Assembly: GCA_017509245.1 (NCBI GenBank)
Contig: JAFWQC010000009.1
Coordinates: forward strand, 18,460-82,459
Source of the DNA: Clostridiales bacterium
Lineage (GTDB): Bacteria; Bacillota; Clostridia; Saccharofermentanales; Saccharofermentanaceae
Reading direction: 5' to 3'
Length of the DNA stretch: 64,000 nt
Shown here: positions 10,486 through 20,170 of the stretch, piece by piece
How positions within the stretch are numbered: the first letter of the stretch is position 1
Layout of the letters: each line of letters starts with the position of its first letter
Notes under the pieces: generated by a model
The model's database searches: none
Told to the model about the DNA's origin: nothing
The model's input: the letters and a program-made list of their open reading frames with translations, nothing else
Made by a program: the position numbers and the translations under genes

Positions 10486-11682
10486 TTATTCCTGAAGATG
10501 ATTATTTGCCACACACCAGCTGCCGAACTTAGTGAAGACGTCATCGCCGAAGATTGACTTAATGGCTTCGGCATATTTCACAGTTGCGTCACCATCGTAA
10601 TAGCCGTAGTCGTAGTGAAGTCCGTTGGCAGTTATATAGGTATTTAATCTGCTGAAGTAGTCGGCACCGTATTCTTCGCTCAGGAAATTATAGAGATATT
10701 TGCCGTAGACGTATTCGGGGCCGCGCTCCATCGCCGTGAGAGTGTTGTAATCCTCGATAAAGATCCTTTCGGCATTGTCGGCATTTACTGCTTCGGGAAC
10801 GCTAAAGTCGTAAGGCTCGGTTTTTTCTTTGTATTCGCCGATGGAAGGATAATCGTCAGCAAGTGCATCGATGACAGTGCCTGCCATGTATTGAGCGATG
10901 CCTTCCGTGAGGATGTCAGTCAGATCGCAGTTCCTTTCCGTGATCGTATGCGTCAGTTCGTGAGCGATAGAATCATAATCCATGTAGTCAAATCTGCGCC
11001 ATGGATTGTCCCTGTATTCAGGAACGGAGTTCCATAATTCATCAGAAAAGCATTCGTATATTACCAGGACCGCATCAGAAGCAGTGGCGCAGGAGATCAA
11101 ACCCTTGGATTCTCTGTCTACCATAAGAAAGATCGGGATCTTCTTGCCTGTGCACCAGCCTTCCCATGGATTGAAACCGCCGTAGTATATGGAGTTGTCG
11201 GTTACACCGCAATAATCAAAAGAATCTGGGCAGGCAGATATGCCTAACTGGTTTTCGAGCTCATTGATGATCGCATCAACGTTGTCGGCGAAATCACCGG
11301 GAAGTTCGATGTCCTTATCCAAAAATAAGAAGGATCTCTCCGTCTCGATATAGCAGAAGTCATCTGCAATAAAGTGATGGTCCTTAACACCATCAAGAGT
11401 GATCTTCTTATAAGGCGTTGAGTCGGGAATGTATATCTGTGTGTAATCCCTGTCAACGTATGGCTGAGTGTCATCAGTGGCCGTGGTTGCAGCGGAGGTG
11501 GTGCCTGAAGTCGTTGTTACGGCAGCTGTGTCAGAACCTTCAAGTTTCTCACCGTCAGAGGTGTTCCGGCCGGACTTTGGAGTCCCTTTGTTGCATGCAC
11601 ATAAAAGCATGCAGCAGGCCAATACGGCAGCCGTGAAAAGCAAAGGCGTTTTTCGGTTAGATGCGAATAATCTCCTGTTCAT
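10486..11682 (-). CDS. Lipoprotein with gluzincin-like metallopeptidase motif
   Basis: Lipobox LLCAC, Thr-rich linker, AHELTH followed by LTEGIAQY. Confidence 0.7.
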   Translation of the reverse strand: MNRRLFASNRKTPLLFTAAVLACCMLLCACNKGTPKSGRNTSDGEKLEGSDTAAVTTTSGTTSAATTATDDTQPYVDRDYTQIYIPDSTPYKKITLDGVKDHHFIADDFCYIETERSFLFLDKDIELPGDFADNVDAIINELENQLGISACPDSFDYCGVTDNSIYYGGFNPWEGWCTGKKIPIFLMVDRESKGLISCATASDAVLVIYECFSDELWNSVPEYRDNPWRRFDYMDYDSIAHELTHTITERNCDLTDILTEGIAQYMAGTVIDALADDYPSIGEYKEKTEPYDFSVPEAVNADNAERIFIEDYNTLTAMERGPEYVYGKYLYNFLSEEYGADYFSRLNTYITANGLHYDYGYYDGDATVKYAEAIKSIFGDDVFTKFGSWCVANNHLQE

Positions 11683-11780
11683 AGTTCTCTCCTAAGATCT
11701 ATCCTGTAATCCAATCCCATCCGGACAAAGGCATTCCGGGCCTTTAAGTCCGCCAACAGATAAATGATATCACATCTTCC

Positions 11781-11858
11781 GGGCGGGAGTAGAGATTCCG
11801 GGTGGGAGTAGAGATTCCGGGTGGGAGTAGAGATTCCGCGCGGGAACAGAGAAGTTCC
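11781..11858. repeat. 19-bp tandem repeat, three copies plus one degenerate copy
   Basis: GGG(C/T)GGGAGTAGAGATTCC at 11781, 11800 and 11819. Confidence 0.9.
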
Positions 11859-11888
11859 AGGCAGCGAAAACGCAAAACGTATCCGTTC

Positions 11889-11972
11889 TTACTCCTTTGC
11901 AACGGTGAACAACGCCTTGAAGTATCCGTACCTACCCCTTTGCGACCGTGAACAATGCCTTGAAGTATCCGT
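11889..11972 (-). repeat. Imperfect tandem duplication (43-bp period) of the ABC gene 3' end
   Basis: The two copies encode GYFKALFTVAKG* and GYFKALFTVAKE*. Confidence 0.85.
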
Positions 11973-13647
11973 CGTTTTTCATGAGGCTCGAAAAGTCCCC
12001 TTTCTCCTCGATCGTCCCGTTCCTAAGCACGATTATCTCGTCGAAGCGCTTCAGGGTCTGCTCTTCGAGAGAGTGGGTAACGACGATCCGTGTCATCGAA
12101 TCAAGGTCAAGGATGCCGTTGATGACTTCGTGAGATGTCTTTGCATCAAGGGCTGAGGTTATCTCGTCGGCAAGGAGTATTTTGGACTTTTTGAGAAGAC
12201 CTCTTGCAATCGAGATGCGCTGTTTCTCACCGCCGGAAAGACCTTTTCCGTTCTCTCCGCAGAGGTAGCCGGCGCCTTTTTCCTCTATGAGTTCTGTGAG
12301 GCGGGCCTGGGCCAGAGCAGCGTCAACCACGGGCTTTTCGAAGCCGCGGAACATTGTTACATTGTCTCTTATCGACGAATTGAAGATGAAAACATTCTGC
12401 TGAATGACCGTCATGATGTCGTAGAGTGTCTCTGTGTTGACCGACGAGAGTTCCTTGCCGTCGATCGTGATGCTTCCGCCGTATTTGCCGTCGCCGGAGG
12501 TGAGGAGATTTAAGAGCGTTGACTTGCCGCTCCCGCTGGAACCGACGATCGCATAGGACCTGCCGGGAAGGAAAGAGCAGGTGACATCGTGGAGGACTTC
12601 CTTTTTGCCGTCGTAGGCGAAAGACACGTTCTGGAAGCTGATCGCTTCACCGACAGTGCCCACTGAAAGGGTGCCTTTGGTGTCGGCATTCTTTTCGAGC
12701 GCGGAGGAAAGCTTGTCAATGAGGGCGGATGAAGCCTTTTTGCCTGCAAGGAGCTTCGGCAGTTTGGAGACAGGGGCGACCATGAAGTTCATGAGGTTTA
12801 CGAACATCATTACCGAACCGGCTGTTACGCCCTTGCCGTTAAGCACGAGATAAGTTCCTGCAAGGAATACGCCGAACTGGGCAACTGCGCCTGATATGGC
12901 ACCGAGTGCGCCGGCAGCGCCCGTGATCTTTCTTAAGCGGCACTTTGTATCCTCAAGCTTGCGGTCGCCGGACTCGAAGATCTTATATGCTTCTTTCTCG
13001 GCCCTGAAGCTCTTTATAACCTGGAATCCGCCGAGGCAGTCAGTGAGCGTTGCGACAAAATCCTTATTCCTGTCCGATACTTCCTTTTGGGCCTTTGCCA
13101 TCTTCTTACCCATAACGGCCGATATCGATGCGGGGATCACGGTTATCAGCACAGCGACTGCGGTAAGTGCAGGTGAGTAGTAGAGCATCAGAGCAACGGA
13201 AACGACAAGCGAGACCGTTTCAGATACGATCGGGAGTATGGAAGCGACATAATTAGTCTCGACAGACGTCGCGTCGTTCGTCAGCGCTGAAAGATATGTG
13301 GAAGTCTCTTCCTGCCTGAAGGATGCGATGTTTTTCTTTGAGAGAATGCAGAATGCCCTGTCCTTGAACTGGCGCATCGCCCTGCTTACAAAGTGCGGTT
13401 CCGAATGATAATTGATCACCGTGAGCAAAAGCGTGAAGACGGTAAAAGCGATGCACATCATTGCCATCTGCTGAAGGGTATAATGTCCCTGCCCCGACAT
13501 GAGATCGATGATCCCCATTAAGATCCAGGAGACCATGGGACCTGTAGTTCCGGAGAGCATGGATATTATCAGTGCCGTGAAAAAGGCGCAGTGATTCTTC
13601 ACGTAGAACCGGGAGACCAGTTCCGCGCGTACGGAAGTTTTATTCAT
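11932..13647 (-). CDS. ABC exporter, fused permease/ATP-binding subunit
   Basis: N-terminal TM domain; GSSGSGKST, LSGGEKQR and LADEITSALD motifs. Confidence 0.93.
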   Translation of the reverse strand: MNKTSVRAELVSRFYVKNHCAFFTALIISMLSGTTGPMVSWILMGIIDLMSGQGHYTLQQMAMMCIAFTVFTLLLTVINYHSEPHFVSRAMRQFKDRAFCILSKKNIASFRQEETSTYLSALTNDATSVETNYVASILPIVSETVSLVVSVALMLYYSPALTAVAVLITVIPASISAVMGKKMAKAQKEVSDRNKDFVATLTDCLGGFQVIKSFRAEKEAYKIFESGDRKLEDTKCRLRKITGAAGALGAISGAVAQFGVFLAGTYLVLNGKGVTAGSVMMFVNLMNFMVAPVSKLPKLLAGKKASSALIDKLSSALEKNADTKGTLSVGTVGEAISFQNVSFAYDGKKEVLHDVTCSFLPGRSYAIVGSSGSGKSTLLNLLTSGDGKYGGSITIDGKELSSVNTETLYDIMTVIQQNVFIFNSSIRDNVTMFRGFEKPVVDAALAQARLTELIEEKGAGYLCGENGKGLSGGEKQRISIARGLLKKSKILLADEITSALDAKTSHEVINGILDLDSMTRIVVTHSLEEQTLKRFDEIIVLRNGTIEEKGDFSSLMKNDGYFKALFTVAKG

Positions 13648-13658
13648 TTGTGGTTACC

Positions 13659-14729
13659 TCATTTGTTGATTGATTTCCAGAGCTTCATGAGTTCGGGTGA
13701 TCTTAGCTCTGATATGGAATTTTCCACGATTTCTTTGCACGTCGAACCCAAAGTGTCGTAAGCGGAAAGACATTCCCGGCGCGATACAAAACGCAGATTG
13801 GTCAGGTCGTAATCAGGAGCGGAATCAAAAGCTTCTGCTTTGCTCTTTACGTCCTTAAGGATCCTTAATGCTTCCTTCTTGTTCTTTTGGTTCAGCTCGA
13901 TGAAGGCAAGTCCCGTAAGGTATACGCAGTCCAGCCTGTCGAGAAAAGACGGATCGTCATTCTTTCTCATGTAATTGTTCTCGCTTAATACCATCTCGAA
14001 AAGAACCTTTGCCTCGTCCAGCTGTCCCGTGCGGTAGTAATAGAGAGCCTTGGCCAGAAACAGATTGATCCCCCTGCCGACGCGGTCGATAAAGCCATAT
14101 GACAGATAGCGGTCGGCTTCCTCCAAGTCCATTCCGTTAGTTATCATTATCAGACCGATAGGAGTGTTGAATATCCCGCCCGCATTATGTGCCTTATAGA
14201 TCTCAAGACTTTTACTTATGTCTCCCATCGCGTGATATACACCTGCAAGCTCACCATAGAGTTCGGTCTCATTGATATTAGGATCGTTATTCTGAGATAT
14301 AAGCTTTATGGCCTGCTCGTAGAGTTCTTTAGCCCGGCGGTTATACTTCAGGTCGATCTTGAACATGGAACCGTAAGCTCTGTAAAGGTTTGCACACATC
14401 CGTACCACTGCAAAGCTGTGAGGATACTTCTTGAGCGCTTTCTCGGCTTCAGAAGGACCTTCGGGATCCATTGATTCGACCATTTTCTTAAGGCGCTCCA
14501 CCAGAGTCTCTATCCTGTTGTCGCGCACATCAAAACCAACAAGCACATCGAGGGAAGTGTCAAAGAAATCAGCCATGTCGAGGAGCAGCGGAAGTTCAGG
14601 TGTCGACAGACCCGCTTCCCACTTGTGGACCGCTCCGAACGTTACATTGAAGACTTCTGCAAACTGCTCCTGGGTAAGGCCTCTTTCTTTGCGGAATGTC
14701 CTGATGTTTTCTGCAAGATTATTCTTCAT
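13659..14729 (-). CDS. XRE-family HTH regulator with TPR-like domain
   Basis: IRTFRKERGLTQEQFAE...VHKWEAG; AAGGAG RBS before ATG 14729. Confidence 0.88.
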   Translation of the reverse strand: MKNNLAENIRTFRKERGLTQEQFAEVFNVTFGAVHKWEAGLSTPELPLLLDMADFFDTSLDVLVGFDVRDNRIETLVERLKKMVESMDPEGPSEAEKALKKYPHSFAVVRMCANLYRAYGSMFKIDLKYNRRAKELYEQAIKLISQNNDPNINETELYGELAGVYHAMGDISKSLEIYKAHNAGGIFNTPIGLIMITNGMDLEEADRYLSYGFIDRVGRGINLFLAKALYYYRTGQLDEAKVLFEMVLSENNYMRKNDDPSFLDRLDCVYLTGLAFIELNQKNKKEALRILKDVKSKAEAFDSAPDYDLTNLRFVSRRECLSAYDTLGSTCKEIVENSISELRSPELMKLWKSINK

Positions 14730-14992
14730 ATTGCTTCTCCTTAAGACTGCCGTTGCCGGTACCTTTGCTGTCCTGATTGTAGATGATACGGGCTCGAAAA
14801 TGAATACACCGGTAATACAAATAGAATAAAACTTTTTATACCAACAGTATAACAGTCTTTGTTTATTGCGTTTCAACTTGCCACATCTTTGCCGAAAATT
14901 AGTTTGACTATCAAAGTATTTTTGCCGTATTATGCGGCTAGGAGAGAGGGATATCCCCGTTAGCTACCGCCATTATTAAGGAGGTACTGAAA

Positions 14993-15412
14993 ATGGAAAA
15001 CAGGATTTTGGAAAACAACCCGTTGCAGCCGGAAACGGTAACAAATGAAATACCGGCAAAGCCGCAGGACGATACTGCCGCAAGAAAGAGTAAAGCAAAT
15101 TTACTTTGCTATATCTCGTTGAGCTTATTCATAGCAACAATTCTTTTGTTCACAGGTACATGCCTTTTCTTTATTCTGTTTGATTACGACATTGGCCATT
15201 TTGGCATGAAGATCACAAGCATTCTTGGTTCTTTTTCTTATGAAGCTTCCTGGGTGCTCGTGATCGTGGCAAGGGCAAAGTATAGAGAAAACAAGTTCGC
15301 CAAGAAACTGCTGATAATCTATATAGCGATTACCGTAACGGCTGCAGTTATACTCATAGCGTACATTGCATACTGTCTTTATACCTGCGCCACATGCTAT
15401 ATGCCGGGGTAA
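14993..15412 (+). CDS. Hypothetical 3-TM membrane protein with Cys-rich C-terminus
   Basis: AAGGAGG RBS; three hydrophobic segments; ends CLYTCATCYMPG. Confidence 0.7.
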   Translation: MENRILENNPLQPETVTNEIPAKPQDDTAARKSKANLLCYISLSLFIATILLFTGTCLFFILFDYDIGHFGMKITSILGSFSYEASWVLVIVARAKYRENKFAKKLLIIYIAITVTAAVILIAYIAYCLYTCATCYMPG

Positions 15413-15418
15413 CTCCTT

Positions 15419-16129
15419 ATGAAGATCTATATTCCCGAACTGGCATGGTCTCCTTACGGTCTGCTGGTATTATCCTCAGTTGCTATTGGCTTTGCAGCAG
15501 CGGTATATCTCATGAGAAAATCCGGGGTCACAAAGAATACGATACGTTACACATGTCTTCTGACAGCAGTATTCACCGTGACGAATTCGGTAGTGGTAAA
15601 CAGGCTGATGAATGAAGATCCCGGAGCACTCGGATTCTCAGGGCTCGGAGCCGTGGTCGGCATGATCCTTGGAGTGCTTATATCAGGCCTTATCTTCAGG
15701 GACAAACCCGAAAGCGTCATGGCTTCCTTTATTGCAACTGCACCTTTGATGTACGGACTCGCGAAAAGCGGATGCCTTATCGGAGGATGCTGCCACGGGA
15801 AAGAATATGAAGGCCCTTTGGCAATAGTTTATTCAGGTGCAAACGGTGGGTCTTATTTCCCTGCGCAGATCGTCGACATGGCAGTTTTCATAGCGATGTT
15901 TGCGGTAAATCTGATACTCGTCAAAAAGATGAAGAACAAGCTCACAGCGATATATGTGATCCTTGCAGCCTTAACCGTCGTAAGGTTCCTTCTGGAATAC
16001 TTAAAGTACTATCACGACGGCTCTCTGATCGCTTCAGGGCAGGTCAGTGTTCTTATAGCAGGCGCAGCATCTGTCGTGCTTGTTACGGTATGGAAATTCC
16101 TTTTGGGGATCGGGAAAGAACCGGCTTAA
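15419..16129 (+). CDS. Prolipoprotein diacylglyceryl transferase (Lgt)-like membrane protein, divergent
   Basis: YG start motif, AKSGCLIGGCCHG (compare RxGCFxxGCCyG), FPAQ and RFLLEYLK. Confidence 0.75.
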   Translation: MKIYIPELAWSPYGLLVLSSVAIGFAAAVYLMRKSGVTKNTIRYTCLLTAVFTVTNSVVVNRLMNEDPGALGFSGLGAVVGMILGVLISGLIFRDKPESVMASFIATAPLMYGLAKSGCLIGGCCHGKEYEGPLAIVYSGANGGSYFPAQIVDMAVFIAMFAVNLILVKKMKNKLTAIYVILAALTVVRFLLEYLKYYHDGSLIASGQVSVLIAGAASVVLVTVWKFLLGIGKEPA

Positions 16130-16169
16130 AGCAAGCGCCGGGAATTGAATAGAAAGACAGGTAAGGATC

Positions 16170-16388
16170 ATGAATTTTCTGGTGTCTGCATTTATAACGC
16201 TTCTAGTATTATTGGGAATTATGGCCGGTTATTTGCTTATCTGCTTAGGAATAGTTCTTATTGTTGTCAGACTGGACAGAAAGAAATCCGGCAAGAAGGT
16301 AGGGAAAGTCCTTAATTTCTTTTCGTTTGTCAACATACCGCTTGGACTGGTGCTAATGGTTGGTGGATGGATATATATGACCACCTGA
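16170..16388 (+). CDS. Small 2-TM hypothetical protein
   Basis: 72 aa, two hydrophobic helices around a basic loop, AAGGA RBS. Confidence 0.55.
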   Translation: MNFLVSAFITLLVLLGIMAGYLLICLGIVLIVVRLDRKKSGKKVGKVLNFFSFVNIPLGLVLMVGGWIYMTT

Positions 16389-16451
16389 TAATATATTTAT
16401 TATAATTTGGCGCTTTAACCTTATTGTGGTAGGATAAGCGAGGAGGAGAGT

Positions 16452-17042
16452 ATGATTAAGATTGTTGGAATGATGTACGTTACCCTTGTTCCGGTAATAC
16501 TGGCGGGGATAATGGTAATGCTGTGGTGTAAGCTGCCCATATTAAAAGCTTTAGCTAAACCTATTGACTTCGGTAAGAATTTTATAGACGGTAAGAGGCT
16601 CTTCGGTGACAACAAGACATGGAAAGGCCTTTTGGGATACGTTCTTTTTAATCTAATCTTCCAAATCCTCTGGGGACTTGCCTGCAATAATGAGACCTTG
16701 AAAAGTCTGAATTTCTTTTATCAGCACCATGAGAATACGCTGATGTTTAACGTCATTACGGGCATACTGCTGGGCCTCGGGTATGCTCTTTTCGAGCTGC
16801 CGAACAGTTTCCTCAAAAGAAGACTTGATATCACTCCCGGTAAGACAGTAAACGGTTTCTGGAAGGTGTTCTTCGTATTCCTTGATCAGGCTGATTCGAT
16901 ATTCGGAGTTGCACTGGTGGTCTGGTTTTTCTTCCCTCTGGGAATACTCTTATATCTCGCTTATGTGCTCGTGGGGGCATTAACCCACATCATTCTGAAT
17001 ATGCTGCTTTATTTCATGCATCTCAGAAAAAACATGGTTTAA
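16452..17042 (+). CDS. carS: CDP-archaeol synthase (CarS/DUF46)-like cytidylyltransferase
   Basis: PIDFGK..DGKRLFGDNKTWKG, ELPNSFLKRRLDI.PG and LDQADS motifs. Confidence 0.82.
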   Translation: MIKIVGMMYVTLVPVILAGIMVMLWCKLPILKALAKPIDFGKNFIDGKRLFGDNKTWKGLLGYVLFNLIFQILWGLACNNETLKSLNFFYQHHENTLMFNVITGILLGLGYALFELPNSFLKRRLDITPGKTVNGFWKVFFVFLDQADSIFGVALVVWFFFPLGILLYLAYVLVGALTHIILNMLLYFMHLRKNMV

Positions 17043-17051
17043 GGAATAGTT

Positions 17052-19556
17052 ATGTTGATCAGATTAGACAGTAATGAAAAAGACAACGGCAAGTTAGGAA
17101 ACAAGGGCAGATTCCTTCTGCTCATGAAGCAGAACGGCTTTAATGTGCCCGGCGGTTTTGTGCTGGACAGCGGCACATATGATGAGACGGTTGAAGGCGT
17201 GCCGGGAAAGATAATAAGCGAAGCAATATCCAAGCTAAACAAGGATAACGTTGCGGAGACTTCCGCAGGCCTTTATGAACTCTTCGGCAAGATAAGTCTT
17301 CCTTCGAAGGTCAGTGAAGAGATAAAGGCGGCGCTTGATCCGGATAAGCTCTATGCCGTCAGGAGCAGCGGAACCAAGGAGGATCTCGATGAGTTCTCAT
17401 TTGCGGGACAGTATCAGACTTTCCTCAATACAAAGCCTGAGGATGTCGAAGCAAGAGTCATCGACTGCTACAGGTCGATGTTCAGTGAGATCATCTTAAG
17501 CTATCTTGTTAACCGCAATATTGACACGGCTGATCTTAAGATGTCCGTTGTGGTTCAGGAGATGGTCGCTTCCGACAAGAGCGGTATATGCTTTACGATC
17601 GACCCCGTTACGGGCAACGACAAGACGATGCTGATCGAAGTATCGGAGGGTCTTGGCGAGGATATCGTCAGCGGCAAGACCGTGCCGGAGCAGTACCACT
17701 ACAACTGGTTTGATGACAAAGAAGTCGGCAGGGCTCCTGAGAACAGGCTTATCTCTGAAGATAAGGTTATAGAGTATGCGAAGGTTTTCGCGAAAATACA
17801 ACAGCACTTTGGATATCCCTGCGATATCGAGTTTGCGATCAAGGATGATGAACTCTTTATCCTTCAGTCAAGAAGGATCACCAAACTGAATTATTCCGGC
17901 ATCAATGATGTCTGGACGACGGCTGACTTCAAGGATGGCGGTGTGTCCGCAACCGTATGCACGCCTTACATGTGGAGCCTTTATGAATACATCTGGGAGT
18001 ATTCGCTCCGTGTGTTTATCGTTAATTCAAAGATCCTTAAAGATGAGCAGCTTCCCAAAAAGCTCGGTGAGATGTATTACGGCAGATGCTACTGGAATCT
18101 TTCCGCTGTCAAGAAGACGATGGAACAGATCGTGGGATATAAGGAAAGGGAATTCGATAACGAATACGGGATCGTCGGAAATTACGAAGGTGACGGCAAG
18201 GTTACCGGCGCGACTCCAAAGGTGCTCTTACACATGATCCCGATCATAATCGAGCAGACAAAAATCTTAAATGACCGCAAGAAGAATTCCGAGCGTTATA
18301 AGCAGGAACTTTTAGACCTCTATTACGATTACAAGAAGCACCTCGATGAGGGCACGATAGATGATATCACGAGATGCTTTTATAAGATCACTCATGAGAC
18401 ATACTTAAGGTCGGAGACCACCTATTTCCACCAGATATTCATCAATACGATCCACCAGTCGCTCTATAAGGACAGCCTGTTAAAGTATGTGTCTGAGAGT
18501 GAGTATCTCTCGCTCCTTTCAAGCATCGACAACATATCGCATCTTCTCCCGTTCTACGACATGTGGGATATCACGAGAAAGATCAGGGCAAATGAGGATG
18601 ATATGAAGTTCTGGCAGGAGGTTTCCGCGGAAGATATTGCCGGTGATCTTGAAAGTGACAGCCATAATATCCCGCTCGTTAAAAAGCTGATCGATGACTA
18701 TGGTTATCACTCCGACAAGGAACTTGATATCACATATCCGTGCTACTACGAGGAGCCTCAGGTAATGATCTCTATGGTTAAGGACATGATCATGCTGGAC
18801 GATTCCTATTCCCCCGAGAAGGATAAGGAACGCGGCACGGCCGTTTATACGAAGATCCTTGAAGACCTTGGTAAGAACCACTCCGCTTCGGAGGTCAAAA
18901 AGATAAAGGAAAAAGTTGCCAAGATGCGCAAGATGCTCTGGTGGCGTGAAGAATTCCGCGATGTCTCTACAAGGTTCTACTATATGCTACGTATGTATAC
19001 GATCGAGTATGCCAAAAAGCTTGTAAGAGACGGTGTTCTCTCACGCTGGGAGGATGTCTGGTTCTTAAAGGTAGGAAACCTCTGGGACTACATCGAAGGT
19101 AATATCGATGAAGATGATCTTAGTGCCCTGATCGCAAAAAACAAGTTCTACTATAACGCTTACAGGAACTACATCAGTGACAATGAGATCGGCCATGACT
19201 TCAAGGTTATAAATGATACGGAAAGCAAGAATTCCGTAAGAGGCCTTGGAGCAAATAACGGAAAGATCAGGGGTATTGCAAGAGTAATCGAAGACTTCAC
19301 GCAGATAGACAGATTGGAGCAGGGTGATATCCTAGTAACAAGGTTTACCGATACCGGCTGGACTCCGAAGTTCGCTATCCTTTCCGGTATCGTAACCGAG
19401 TACGGCGGTATCTTATGCCATGCGGCGATCGTTTCAAGAGAGTACGGAATTCCTGCGATCGTTTGCTGCAGGGATGCTATGAGCAGGATCCGTGACGGAC
19501 AGATCATAACGATCGACGGAAGCACGGGTGTGGTTACACTGGAGGACGAATCATGA
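17052..19556 (+). CDS. PEP synthase/rifampin phosphotransferase-like dikinase 1
   Basis: ATP-grasp motifs (AVRSSG..ED...SFAGQY, VVVQEM, DIEFA, LQSRRIT), a long helical middle domain and a C-terminal phospho-His domain GGILCHAAIVSRE; no C-terminal pyruvate-binding barrel. Confidence 0.88.
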   Translation: MLIRLDSNEKDNGKLGNKGRFLLLMKQNGFNVPGGFVLDSGTYDETVEGVPGKIISEAISKLNKDNVAETSAGLYELFGKISLPSKVSEEIKAALDPDKLYAVRSSGTKEDLDEFSFAGQYQTFLNTKPEDVEARVIDCYRSMFSEIILSYLVNRNIDTADLKMSVVVQEMVASDKSGICFTIDPVTGNDKTMLIEVSEGLGEDIVSGKTVPEQYHYNWFDDKEVGRAPENRLISEDKVIEYAKVFAKIQQHFGYPCDIEFAIKDDELFILQSRRITKLNYSGINDVWTTADFKDGGVSATVCTPYMWSLYEYIWEYSLRVFIVNSKILKDEQLPKKLGEMYYGRCYWNLSAVKKTMEQIVGYKEREFDNEYGIVGNYEGDGKVTGATPKVLLHMIPIIIEQTKILNDRKKNSERYKQELLDLYYDYKKHLDEGTIDDITRCFYKITHETYLRSETTYFHQIFINTIHQSLYKDSLLKYVSESEYLSLLSSIDNISHLLPFYDMWDITRKIRANEDDMKFWQEVSAEDIAGDLESDSHNIPLVKKLIDDYGYHSDKELDITYPCYYEEPQVMISMVKDMIMLDDSYSPEKDKERGTAVYTKILEDLGKNHSASEVKKIKEKVAKMRKMLWWREEFRDVSTRFYYMLRMYTIEYAKKLVRDGVLSRWEDVWFLKVGNLWDYIEGNIDEDDLSALIAKNKFYYNAYRNYISDNEIGHDFKVINDTESKNSVRGLGANNGKIRGIARVIEDFTQIDRLEQGDILVTRFTDTGWTPKFAILSGIVTEYGGILCHAAIVSREYGIPAIVCCRDAMSRIRDGQIITIDGSTGVVTLEDES

Positions 19557-20164
19557 TCGTAGGCAAGTGGAACAAATCGGTGATCCTGACTTATGCGGGC
19601 ATGCTTTTCGCGGTGCTTGGCATGGTCCTCGCATTCACATGCGGAAAGATCAATTACGCAATGTGCTGTCTTATGGTCGCGGGAGTCTGTGATCTTTTCG
19701 ACGGCATGGTCGCAAGACGCTGCAAGCGTACTGAAGAAGAGAAGAAGTTCGGAATAGAACTCGATTCGATCGTCGACACATTGAGTTTTGTTGCCCTTCC
19801 TGTATGTATCTTCATTTCAATGGGACTAACGAAGGTATGGGATATCGTGATATTCATGTTTTTCGCGCTGGCAGGCGTAGCAAGACTTGCATATTTCAAT
19901 ATCTATACCGCTGACAGCGAGAAGGCGGTCAAGCACTATACCGGCCTGCCCGTTACTTATGCGGCTTTGATATTCCCTCTTGTATATCTTTTGTTCCTGC
20001 CTTTTGAAGGAGATGTATTCATGTGGATATACAGAGCGGCTATAGTTCTTATCTCCGTTTTTGAGATCCTTAAGATAAAAGTTCCGAAGCCTACAGGCTT
20101 CTGGTACATAATATTCGGATTGGCGGCAATTGCTTTATTAGTTGTTTATCTTGCAGTTATCTGA
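19553..20164 (+). CDS. pssA: CDP-alcohol phosphatidyltransferase (phosphatidylserine synthase-like)
   Basis: DLFDGMVAR...FGIELDSIVD signature; RLAYFN and YTGLP motifs. Confidence 0.85.
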   Translation: MIVGKWNKSVILTYAGMLFAVLGMVLAFTCGKINYAMCCLMVAGVCDLFDGMVARRCKRTEEEKKFGIELDSIVDTLSFVALPVCIFISMGLTKVWDIVIFMFFALAGVARLAYFNIYTADSEKAVKHYTGLPVTYAALIFPLVYLLFLPFEGDVFMWIYRAAIVLISVFEILKIKVPKPTGFWYIIFGLAAIALLVVYLAVI

Positions 20165-20170
20165 AAGCCT

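Noticed and set aside
11781-11858. CRISPR array
   Set aside because: The repeats are contiguous with no spacers, and there are no cas genes
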